Source: Verrucomicrobiales bacterium
GTDB lineage: Bacteria > Verrucomicrobiota > Verrucomicrobiia > Verrucomicrobiales > V1-33
NCBI GenBank assembly: GCA_031411295.1
Contig: JANOAV010000134.1
Coordinates: 32,001-96,000, forward strand
Direction of reading: 5' to 3'
Length of the DNA: 64,000 bases
Below, in pieces: positions 35,748 to 44,781 of this stretch; positions within the stretch are counted from its first letter, which is position 1, and every line of letters starts with the position of its first letter. The notes below the pieces were generated by a model. The model had not been told where the DNA came from and ran no database searches. It saw nothing but the letters and a program-made list of their open reading frames with translations. The translations under genes were made by a program, and so were the position numbers.

Positions 35748-38138
35748 TTAAGCTGGACTGCTTTTGCAGCTGCGGAGTGCATTTGCCTTGTCCCACAATA
35801 CAAAATCCTCCGCAAAAGCTTGTAAAGCGAGGTTTCGAGTCTTTTCATCCAAATTTATAGATGCGGTGGATGGGAATGGCCTGCCGAGGAACTGGCGGAT
35901 GACGCCGAGGTCCATTGCTGCGCAGGCACGGGGAAAATCAGCCTCGGAGTGTTCCAAACAGCCCACGAAAACGGGCTGCTTGCCCTGTAAAAACCAGCTT
36001 TGGCTGCGGAACACCTCAGGCCGTTCGGCCTCAGATGTTTCAGCCAGTAGTTGTGCAAAATCCACCAGCGACATGTCGACCTTGAATCTTTTAAAGTCCT
36101 TCACCTCAGCCGACAATGTGCCATTTTTAGTTGTTCGCAAATGATGCCAACACGCTGCAAGGCGGGACATCGGGTCCCTCAGCATGATACCTGTCTGCCA
36201 CAACTCTGGAATTGAGCCATTGTCGGCAAAGCAAGGCAACTCTGCATCCTTGATGAATTCTGTCCCACCCACGGGTAAGCCCTGAGAATGCGCCAAGCTC
36301 CGCAACCAATGCTCACCACCGGTAAGCGGCACGCTTAACCAAACCCATTTCTGCTCAGGCATGGCGATGTGTGGCGCATTTTTCCGCTGTGGCGTGTCTG
36401 CTCCAAACTCGGGCGGTCCCTGTGTCCATGAGTCCGTTTCCTCACCAGGCCAAGGCCGTGCGAAAGTATCGCTGAAGTGATAGAATTTACTCATGCTCAC
36501 GACTTCACCCGTGTGCTGCACCAGATCCCGATAAGCCCGGTAGTGTCCTCCTTCCAGTCCACACATGCAGAACATACTCTGACCGAACCTCCCCACAAGC
36601 CGATCATTGCAGTTGTGATTCCACTTCACATCCCGCCAGCCATGACGAGCGAAGAAATCCAGCGCCAGTGGAATAGCATCGCGACTGAAAAATACGCCCT
36701 GTCCGCCCCAGAATAACCATTCCGGATAAATGCCATAGAGATCACCCATATCGAATTCAAAGCGCGGGTCCAAGTCCCCAACCGTGTAGAGAGACAGTGT
36801 GAAGAAGCGCTTTCCGTCGGCTGCCAAATTATCCAGCACCTCTTGTAGCTTGGGCAGGAAACCAGGTCGGAAATCTACATCATCCTCACAGATTAGCACT
36901 CCGCAGCTTTCTGGGTCTGCCCAGGCCAGTTCCAGCGCGCGTTTATAGCTGTAGGAGATGCGTCGGTTCGTGTCCCACGATTTCTTCTCATTCCATTCAT
37001 CCTCTGGATATACTTCTACTGCCAATTGCATCCCTGACCCTAGTTCCAGACTCTGCTCACTTCCGAGAAATGCTGCGTCCGTGCCATCCACCACCACCTG
37101 CACCACCCCGCTTTTGCCAGCAGTAGCCCTACTCCAATTCCGCAGCGATTCTTGGATATAGTTCTTCCCGCCCCGGGCACTACGGTCACAGGTGAAGAAT
37201 GCCACGGTCATCTTCTCCACGGGATAGGTGTGGGTCTGTGCCTGCGGCCAGACCAGTGGTTTGCCTTCCAGAATATTCCGGTAGTAATCCAGTAACGGAG
37301 TTCGGTCTATCCACTCGCGCTGCGGTCCGAAGGCATAGTGACATACCAAGGCCCCACCGCACACTGCATTGAGCCTCCCCGTTTGCTTGGTGGCTACTTT
37401 TGTCAGGTAATGCTCATCCTCTTCCGGGACTTGCAGCAGCCCCATATCCTCACCCCACCAGGCAAAGCAGTTGATGGAAATGCGCTCCCGCCATACCGCA
37501 ATGTATTGGCGGAAAATGGTTTTCATCTCCTCCAGTTTTCCCGCAGAATATTGCCGCAGAAACGACCAATGGTTGGCCTCGGCCCAGCTTGGAGAGCCCA
37601 CTGTGTTGCAAGCAGGAGATGCTAAAAATGGAGCATATTCGATGGCTCCGCAGCGCTGCCGGATGTGATCCATCGCCCCGTTGTTTACAATTTGCGCAAA
37701 CACTAGTAAATACTGCCGATGCTGCAACCTGAACGCCAGCAACCGCTCCACTGCGTCATCTGCGATGAAGCAAATATCATCGTCAAATCTCAGATACAGC
37801 ACACCCGGAACGCGATACGCAGGCCCAAAGAACCGATGCACCGTCTTCCATCCTTTGGGACCATCGGGATTGGCCGCACTGTCTGCCGAATCGTGAACTT
37901 CTTGAACCGGAACTTCCAATCTTGAACTTTCCGCAGGGAAGGGCACAAACTTAAAAAAATCCGAATGCCGCTCGCACAACCCTCGGATAAATGCTATATC
38001 CGCTTCGTCCACCGTGTTCACCCACCAATGATGCTCGTCGATCACATGCCGCTGCTGCAGCAAATATTCCGCCAAGATTTCCAAATACCGTCTCCGCCCC
38101 GCCGGGCAGGTGGAAATAACACGATGGCCTTGATACAT
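35748..38138 (-). CDS. Multi-domain protein: two GT-A-like domains + sulfotransferase family 2-like domain
   Basis: 'PAGRRRYL...YLRFDDDICFI...SINCF'; 'LICEDDVDF'; C-terminal 'LSVPLTGG...LRDPMSRL...FVGCLEH...FAEDF'. Confidence 0.7.
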   Translation of the reverse strand: MYQGHRVISTCPAGRRRYLEILAEYLLQQRHVIDEHHWWVNTVDEADIAFIRGLCERHSDFFKFVPFPAESSRLEVPVQEVHDSADSAANPDGPKGWKTVHRFFGPAYRVPGVLYLRFDDDICFIADDAVERLLAFRLQHRQYLLVFAQIVNNGAMDHIRQRCGAIEYAPFLASPACNTVGSPSWAEANHWSFLRQYSAGKLEEMKTIFRQYIAVWRERISINCFAWWGEDMGLLQVPEEDEHYLTKVATKQTGRLNAVCGGALVCHYAFGPQREWIDRTPLLDYYRNILEGKPLVWPQAQTHTYPVEKMTVAFFTCDRSARGGKNYIQESLRNWSRATAGKSGVVQVVVDGTDAAFLGSEQSLELGSGMQLAVEVYPEDEWNEKKSWDTNRRISYSYKRALELAWADPESCGVLICEDDVDFRPGFLPKLQEVLDNLAADGKRFFTLSLYTVGDLDPRFEFDMGDLYGIYPEWLFWGGQGVFFSRDAIPLALDFFARHGWRDVKWNHNCNDRLVGRFGQSMFCMCGLEGGHYRAYRDLVQHTGEVVSMSKFYHFSDTFARPWPGEETDSWTQGPPEFGADTPQRKNAPHIAMPEQKWVWLSVPLTGGEHWLRSLAHSQGLPVGGTEFIKDAELPCFADNGSIPELWQTGIMLRDPMSRLAACWHHLRTTKNGTLSAEVKDFKRFKVDMSLVDFAQLLAETSEAERPEVFRSQSWFLQGKQPVFVGCLEHSEADFPRACAAMDLGVIRQFLGRPFPSTASINLDEKTRNLALQAFAEDFVLWDKANALRSCKSSPA

Positions 38139-38272
38139 AAGAGTTTAAAGTGGGAGAGGAGGTTCGTGTCGCACGCCCGGAAGCTGGCGCTGCGGAATTA
38201 GCAAAATAATTCTAGACAAGCAGCTAACTGGCATGGTAATGCTGCTAGAGGAACAAAAACCACAACAATCGT

Positions 38273-38925
38273 ATGGATAAAAAAACAATAATTTCTGTAA
38301 CGAATCTCAGCAGTGCAACTAACCTCGGCAGTCCCTTTGGACGGAGACAGTTTTTGAAAATAGCCGGTGGGGCAGGTCTAGTATCTTTCGCGAGCCTACA
38401 TGGACTGACGACGCAAGCCCAAGCAGTCACTCTGTCTGGAATAGGAGGTTCGGGTCCAGTTCCCCCCTTACCTCCCGTCATTTATCTAACTGAATACGCC
38501 GCAGATTTTGGTATCCTCGTTTCAGCCCCTGCTGGAACGACCACGACGTATTTGGTGTCAGGTAGCACGATTTATGTGAACGGTGATTCCATTATCTTGA
38601 CCCTAAGAGGGTATAATACAGGTAAATGTCGGGATTCCGATGGTGGCCACAATTACCTAATGAAATGCTCGACTGAGTTTGAAGGTCTTACCGACTCAAA
38701 CGAACGCAATGCTGTATCGGGCGTAGATCCGGCCTGGGGGATGCCGTGGATCTGAACACTGTAGTTACCAAAACAATAAGCCTTGCTCAAAACCCAACTG
38801 TCTCAGTCAACGCAGTCACGTCTGGTTTCCAAGTAGTGGATCTGGGAGGAGCGAACCCTGTCCAACGATGGGAGGTTATCGGCACGCGAACGTATTGGAT
38901 TGAACAAAATCACTGCATTCCATAG
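38273..38925 (+). pseudogene. Tat-signal hypothetical protein, apparently frameshifted at about 38735
   Basis: 'GRRQFLKIAGG' Tat motif; ORF stops at 38755, but a shifted frame from 38740 (DAVDLNTVVTK...NHCIP*) is open to TAG 38923-38925, abutting the next gene. Confidence 0.55.
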
Positions 38926-38936
38926 TGTTATTTTTT

Positions 38937-39695
38937 ATGAATCGTGCCGTAGGAGGTCTGATTTTATTTGTCTGTGGTATTGCTATGGGCTATCTGTTAC
39001 GGAAACCCGAAAGCGATCCGCATCCATTCCAAGCGAGTGGGGGAGTGAGCGCTACTAGATCAGAAGTGTTTAAATCCTCAACGTCTCCGGCGGCGGCGAG
39101 GCTCAATTCCGGCGACGCATTTCGCCAGGATGGCAACCCGGAAGGCGAAAAAAACGGCAAGCCTATTTGGCATAGTAAGCCAGATGGTATTAGCTTAATG
39201 GGCGCTTTTGATGATGATGGCTTAATCAATATGGATATATTGAATTTGTTCGGAATTTCTGAAACCAAAAAGCAAGAATTGGAAAAATGTTTTCAACTAT
39301 ATCTATCTAAACTTAGAGAAGTTGAGAAATCTCATTTACAGTTAAAAAATGACGGATCAAATCAGTTTTTTGAAATTGAACCTTTCAAGAAAGAACGCGA
39401 AGCAATGCTTACTGAATTCCAGGCATCAATGGAACACCTCGTGGAAAGAAATGTAGCCGAAACAATCATTGGCATCGGATTGAAGAACGACGACCGAAAT
39501 CGTTACTTTACTTCTGGCATCGAAACCATGAGACTATATGTCGAGAATCAAAAGGAAGGCTCCGGAGCAAGTCTCTTCGTTGTGGAAACGATTAGGCCGG
39601 ATGGGCGAACTTCGGGTGCAAAACGCTCATCCATCTCTGAGAGTATGTCAAAAATGATCTCAAACCGATTCGGACACATCTTTAAACAAAATTAA
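38937..39695 (+). CDS. AT-rich hypothetical protein with N-terminal membrane anchor
   Basis: 'AVGGLILFVCGIAMGYLL' TM; ORF of about 252 aa; no family recognised. Confidence 0.7.
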   Translation: MNRAVGGLILFVCGIAMGYLLRKPESDPHPFQASGGVSATRSEVFKSSTSPAAARLNSGDAFRQDGNPEGEKNGKPIWHSKPDGISLMGAFDDDGLINMDILNLFGISETKKQELEKCFQLYLSKLREVEKSHLQLKNDGSNQFFEIEPFKKEREAMLTEFQASMEHLVERNVAETIIGIGLKNDDRNRYFTSGIETMRLYVENQKEGSGASLFVVETIRPDGRTSGAKRSSISESMSKMISNRFGHIFKQN

Positions 39696-39795
39696 TTTTC
39701 AGAAATCTCGCCACTGTTACGCATCAATCTTGTGTGCTTCCCACCCAAAAAGGAATGGCAGTAATCCGCAGGGTAAGGAAGGGCGCACTATCAGC

Positions 39796-40899
39796 ATGAA
39801 AGCAATCATTATCGGTGCTGGACTAAGTGGCACAAGTGCAGCAGTATCGCTGCTGGAATGTGGGTATACTATTGAAATATTCGAGTCCAGACTCCATAAA
39901 GCGGGAAATTGTTCAGACGAAAAACGCGGGATTACCACCCTCCATACCTACGGTCCGCATTTGTTTCACACGAACGATGACGAGGTTTGGAATTTCCTCA
40001 GTCGCTTCACGGAATGGACGCCCAACCAGCATAAAGTGGTGGCGGACACCGCGCGCGGGCGCATTTCCATTCCTTACAATTACAACACGATCAAACAGCT
40101 ACGAGGGGAACTAACGGATGCAGAGATCCGGGAATTGATATTTGCAGACTACTCCGCCAAGCAATGGGGGATGCCATGGCATGAGCTGCCTGCGGCTATC
40201 ACCGGGCGTGTGCCAGCCCGGAGGGAGAACGCGGATGATCGTTATTTTACCGACAAATACCAAGCGCAGCCGAAGGAGGGCTACACGAAGATGTTCGAGC
40301 GAATGCTGGAAGGGATTCCCGTGCACCTGGGAGTTGGCAAAGAAGAATGGCGGAAGCATGCGGGCAAGGCGGATCTTGTGATCTACACGGGAAAAATCGA
40401 TGAATATTTCAACTACTGCTACGGCAGGCTGCCTTACCGCAGCCTACGCTTCGAGCATTACGAGAGCACAGAGCGCCTGCCTCATGCAGTGATTAACCAG
40501 TGCAATCCGAAGCCCTACACGCGGATTTATGATCATCGGTATTTTACCGAGTGCAATTCTCCGGCTCTCACAGCGGAGCCACAGACGCTGCCACCGGAGG
40601 ATGCTTTGCCTCGTGGTGCGGTGAAGTGGGACGGAAGGAGCGAGGGTGCTCCTGCTACGATAATCACGAAGGAATACCCAATGGCGCATGACTCTACAAA
40701 TGAGCCATTTTACCCCATGCCGTTTGGTCCAGGGATGGAACTCTATCAGAAATACAAAAAACTAGCTGATGCCGAACCCCGCACCATTTTCTTGGGAAGG
40801 CTTGCCACATACAGCTACCTGGACATGTGGATGGCGGTGAAACAAGCGATGGTGAAGCTACGACCAATCATCGGGAAGGGGAACTATGAGGCAAATTAG
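39796..40899 (+). CDS. glf: UDP-galactopyranose mutase
   Basis: 'IIGAGLSG', 'HTYGPHLFHT', 'YSAKQWG', 'RYFTDKYQ', 'YTGKIDEYF...LPYRSL', 'EPFYP', 'GRLATYSYLDM'. Confidence 0.93.
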   Translation: MKAIIIGAGLSGTSAAVSLLECGYTIEIFESRLHKAGNCSDEKRGITTLHTYGPHLFHTNDDEVWNFLSRFTEWTPNQHKVVADTARGRISIPYNYNTIKQLRGELTDAEIRELIFADYSAKQWGMPWHELPAAITGRVPARRENADDRYFTDKYQAQPKEGYTKMFERMLEGIPVHLGVGKEEWRKHAGKADLVIYTGKIDEYFNYCYGRLPYRSLRFEHYESTERLPHAVINQCNPKPYTRIYDHRYFTECNSPALTAEPQTLPPEDALPRGAVKWDGRSEGAPATIITKEYPMAHDSTNEPFYPMPFGPGMELYQKYKKLADAEPRTIFLGRLATYSYLDMWMAVKQAMVKLRPIIGKGNYEAN

Positions 40900-40973
40900 T
40901 AGCGTCAGCAAAGGCACAGAGGTTGGCAGGACCGAAAAGCGGAGCCGAAAGGATGACCGACTACGTGGAGGGC

Positions 40974-42167
40974 TTAAAACCTGCCCCAAGCGCTGGGGAT
41001 GACCCGCACCAGTTCAATGAAACGCTTGCCCTGGGTGGTCTTGCTCCATTTGAATTCCGCCACTGCTTTGTTGAAATGAAGCGTTCCGGCCCGATTTACG
41101 ATCGCTTCGGCTGTCGCGCTGTCGGGCTGGGCGCTGGCCACGAAGGCCCGGGGATGATCACTGGGGAATGACGGGGTGATGTCCACCTTGGGCCAAGTTT
41201 CGAGTCCCGCCACCGGTAGCTGCGTTTGCGAGGGGCGGGCCAGGACATAGGCCACAAGAGAAGCCTCCCCCGGGGCGCTGAGGAAAGCATTGAGGGCATC
41301 ATTGGCCTGCTGGGTTAGCGCATCGGCATGCAACAGCAGTTTGCCCTGCTCCTGTTGCACAATGAAGACTGGACCACGTTCGTCGGTGGGTTCCACGATG
41401 ATGAGATAATCCTCACTGCCGGAGACGCGGGTGCAGGAGGTGGCGGCTAAATTTTCACGTTTGAGGTCGGGGAAGATATTTCCAGAAAATTCGGCTGGGC
41501 GACCACTCAGGGAGAGCATGCTGAGTTTCCCCCCCTGTGCGGAACCGGAGTGCAGGAATTGAGCCACGGCATCCTGAGCCTCATTCATCGCCTGCGACCG
41601 CAGCTTTTCCTGCCGCGCCTTTTCCTGCACCACTTGCGCTGTCAGGTCCATGGGCACATTAAAAGTTTTCGGAGCGGCCTTCAGCGGCACACTATAAAAA
41701 GCCACGGCCAATCCGAAACCAGTAGCCACCAATGCCAACCCTACGGTCCCCCAACCCAGCAACTGGGGCAGGCTGGGCCCGGAATCGTCGATCCGCGGCA
41801 AGCGCGTGCGACGGAAGCGCTCCCGAATCTTGGCTAAACGTCCCTCGATCCGCTGGCGGGAATTGGGATCTGGATTGAGCATTTTCTCGGTCGCCAGCGC
41901 CTCGGTGGACGGCGGGACGGCGGGCTCCACAGGCTTCGGAACACGCTTTCGGACCTTGGTGCGTTGCAGCACTTCAGCGGGAATACTCGAGGGGAATTGT
42001 TGCTGCTCCCATTCCTCGAAAGTCGGGGCTCGGGCATCTCCACCGCAATACGGGCAGGGACCACTCGCTCCCAAGAATGAAAACGGCACCTCCAACGTGC
42101 TGGTGCACGTTTGGCAATCGAACTCGATCGCTTCGGGGTAAGTCATAGTGGAACCTAGAGTGGACAT
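40974..42167 (-). CDS. Hypothetical membrane protein with N-terminal zinc ribbon
   Basis: 'CQTC...CPYCG'; one TM segment; start may be 42146. Confidence 0.7.
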   Translation of the reverse strand: MSTLGSTMTYPEAIEFDCQTCTSTLEVPFSFLGASGPCPYCGGDARAPTFEEWEQQQFPSSIPAEVLQRTKVRKRVPKPVEPAVPPSTEALATEKMLNPDPNSRQRIEGRLAKIRERFRRTRLPRIDDSGPSLPQLLGWGTVGLALVATGFGLAVAFYSVPLKAAPKTFNVPMDLTAQVVQEKARQEKLRSQAMNEAQDAVAQFLHSGSAQGGKLSMLSLSGRPAEFSGNIFPDLKRENLAATSCTRVSGSEDYLIIVEPTDERGPVFIVQQEQGKLLLHADALTQQANDALNAFLSAPGEASLVAYVLARPSQTQLPVAGLETWPKVDITPSFPSDHPRAFVASAQPDSATAEAIVNRAGTLHFNKAVAEFKWSKTTQGKRFIELVRVIPSAWGRF

Positions 42168-42370
42168 TGTATTAAGCTGAATAGTCTATCTTAATAAATT
42201 ATGAACTCCAGTGAAATTTTTTAAAATTTCGCTTCGCCAATTAGGGTAAGTAAATCTCTGTCAAAGGATCGAATTTCGCTTTCCAAATAGCAGGGTCTCC
42301 GGCTAATGTCACCTTTTCGTCACATTGTTCCTCTTTTCTTTAAGCCCACCGCCCATTATCACCGAGCACT

Positions 42371-43018
42371 ATGTTCAGCCTTCAACGATTCTTCGGTCTT
42401 CAACGATTCTTCGGTAAACCGGATAAGTTCTTCAGCCTCCTCGAAGCCAGTGCCGGCCAAGCCAAAGCCAGCATTGATCAGGTCGTCCACGTCATCAGTA
42501 ATCCTGAGCAGGTGCCCAGTTTGGACGAATTCGTCTTTTCCCGCCGCAAGGAAAAGCGGATTACCGAGGAAATCAGCGAGGAACTGGTGCGCACCTTTGT
42601 GACGGCCTTGGAACGGGAAGACATCGAGCAACTAGCTCGTGCGCTCTACCGCATTCCCAAGACGGCGGAGAAATTTGCGGAACGCTTCATTCTGGGAGCC
42701 CGGATTGCCAAGCACACGGACTTCACCCGTCACGTGGGTCTGCTCGGCCAAGCCGCCGAAACCCTGCAGGAAATGGTCAAGGGCCTCCGCGGTCAGATGA
42801 ATCTGGCGAGGATGAAAGAATTCAACGATCGTCTGCAATACTTCGAAGGCGAGGCTGACAAACTCATGCTCGACCACTATCGGGAACTCTATGACGGCAC
42901 GCACGAGGCGACCACGATCTTTATCCTGAAGGACTTGTTCGAAATTCTCGAAACCTGCGTGGACTGCTGTCGTGACACCGGCAATGTCATTTACAATATT
43001 GTCCTGAAAAATTCCTAG
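42371..43018 (+). CDS. DUF47 family (PhoU-like) phosphate transport regulator
   Basis: 'TFVTALEREDI', 'EGEADKL', 'KDLFEILE..VDCC', 'IVLKNS'. Confidence 0.88.
   Translation: MFSLQRFFGLQRFFGKPDKFFSLLEASAGQAKASIDQVVHVISNPEQVPSLDEFVFSRRKEKRITEEISEELVRTFVTALEREDIEQLARALYRIPKTAEKFAERFILGARIAKHTDFTRHVGLLGQAAETLQEMVKGLRGQMNLARMKEFNDRLQYFEGEADKLMLDHYRELYDGTHEATTIFILKDLFEILETCVDCCRDTGNVIYNIVLKNS
42380..42415 (+). repeat. Perfect 18-bp in-frame tandem duplication (LQRFFG x2)
   Basis: cttcaacgattcttcggt repeated twice. Confidence 0.95.
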
Positions 43019-43283
43019 CCCAAGCTCATGCGGTTGGATTCATTCCGTAGCCCGCTCGAAGGGTAGCGTGAAAAATATTGACGCAGTCGCAACTGACAAA
43101 AAGTTGGCCCGATACCTGCTCATTCTCTTAGTTCATGGGGGAATGAAAAGTGACTCCCGGCCGTGCTGGCCGATACCTGATTTTTGAGAGCAACGGCAGG
43201 TGTTGGCAAGGGGGACACGTGCCGGGAGCCACCTCCCCCGCCCTCGTGATAGCACTCCACGGCTGGCGATCACCCGGAAGGGT

Positions 43284-44369
43284 TCAGGGATAGATAATCT
43301 CAGAGAAAACGCCGCCGCCCAACAAAATTTCCCCTTGATAGAAAGCACAGATTTGTCCCGGGGCCAGCGCCCGCTGGGGTTCGTGGAAATGAACCGCAAA
43401 GGCCCCGTCGGCCAACGGTTCCACCCGGCAATTGGCCGCTGGAGAACGATATCGTGGCATGGCGCTGATCTCGCTCGGTTCAGTGATCGCGTGGTTCACG
43501 AAACTCACGTTGGTGACCCGGCACTCCTGCGCATAGAGCATGGGGGCGTCCGGTTGTTCCAAGGCCACCACTAATTCTTTGGTAGCGGGACGTTTGGCCA
43601 CCACGACGTAAGCCACTTTGTAAATGGGGGAGGCCACGCCGAACCCTCGGCGTTGTCCCAACGTGTAAAGATGCAGCCCCTGATGCGTGCCCAAGATCTT
43701 GCCCGTGGGATCGACAATATTTCCCGGATCATCCGGCACGAAGGCGCGCAGGAAATCACTCATCTTCACCTGGCCGATAAAGCAGATGCCCTGACTGTCC
43801 TTCTTGGTGGCGGTGAGTAAATTATGCCGTGCGGCCAACGCGCGCACTTCGGGCTTGAGCAGGTGGCCAATGGGGAACATCGCATGCCGCGCCTGATGCT
43901 GCTGGAGCAGGGCTAGAAAATACGTCTGATCCTTGTTGGGATCGGCCCCGCGCAGGACGTCGGTGGTGCCATCTAATTGCAATTTGGTCTGCGCATAGTG
44001 CCCGGTGGCCACCGCACTGAAACCATATTCTTTGGCGTAATCGAGAAACACGCCAAATTTAATTTCCCGGTTACACATCACATCGGGATTCGGGGTGATG
44101 CCGTTCTGATACCCCGCCAGCAAATATTCCACCACCCGATTCCGGTAATCGTGCATCAAGTTCACCACGCGAAATTCGATCCCCAGGCGCTCCGCCACCC
44201 CGCGTGCATCCTCGATATCCTGCTGCCATGGGCAATCGCCAATGATGTTCTCCTCATTGATCCAATTCTTCATATACGCCCCCACGACCTCATGCCCTTG
44301 CTCAATGAGCAAGGCGGTGGCGGCGCTACTATCAACCCCGCCGGACATCGCTGAAAGAATCCGGGCCAT
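43284..44369 (-). CDS. mnmA: tRNA-specific 2-thiouridylase
   Basis: 'AMSGGVDSS', '[15 protein letters not shown]', 'ATGHYA', 'KDQTYFL', '[11 protein letters not shown]', 'APGQ'. Confidence 0.97.
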   Translation of the reverse strand: MARILSAMSGGVDSSAATALLIEQGHEVVGAYMKNWINEENIIGDCPWQQDIEDARGVAERLGIEFRVVNLMHDYRNRVVEYLLAGYQNGITPNPDVMCNREIKFGVFLDYAKEYGFSAVATGHYAQTKLQLDGTTDVLRGADPNKDQTYFLALLQQHQARHAMFPIGHLLKPEVRALAARHNLLTATKKDSQGICFIGQVKMSDFLRAFVPDDPGNIVDPTGKILGTHQGLHLYTLGQRRGFGVASPIYKVAYVVVAKRPATKELVVALEQPDAPMLYAQECRVTNVSFVNHAITEPSEISAMPRYRSPAANCRVEPLADGAFAVHFHEPQRALAPGQICAFYQGEILLGGGVFSEIIYP

Positions 44370-44568
44370 AAATGAAGAGCACTGGCTTAACCGAGGTCAT
44401 GCCGGGACGCAAGTGGTGGATGGGCACCGCGGGGCGGGATCCACTCTATCCACCGAGGCCAAAGGAAGAACTGCGCTGGCATCCGCCAGAAGACACCTCA
44501 CCACGCCGACGTTCCGCATGCTCGAAATCACAACTTGCAATTATTGTGTTATTTGCGAATGTGTAGCC

Positions 44569-44781
44569 ATGGCTAGAAAATCATTTCACATCTTCCCTAA
44601 TTCTCAGGGGGCTTGGGTGGTGCGCGCAACGGGTTCTGTGCGTGCCGCTAAGGTATGTCAGAGTGAAAGTGAGGCAATCGCCCATGTGCGCTCAAAATCC
44701 GCAGAACCCATCTACATCCATCGACGGGATGGATTAATCGCCAGAAAGGAAATGGTTCGCGCTTCCATTCCGGCTCGATGA
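44569..44781 (+). CDS. DUF2188 family small protein
   Basis: 70 aa 'HIFPNSQGAWVVRATGSVRA....SESEAI.......IYIHRRDGLI' fits the DUF2188 pattern; its stop overlaps the next start (ATGA). Confidence 0.75.
   Translation: MARKSFHIFPNSQGAWVVRATGSVRAAKVCQSESEAIAHVRSKSAEPIYIHRRDGLIARKEMVRASIPAR

Noticed and set aside
43270..43290. 'ccggaagg' resembling the SRP RNA loop
   Set aside because: The flanking conserved CAGG/AGCAG internal-loop bases are missing, and it abuts the mnmA stop.
44415..44454. Hairpin ggtggatggg/tctatccacc left of the DUF2188 insert as a mobile-element end
   Set aside because: No matching end or target duplication found on the other side; could be a promoter-region or REP remnant.
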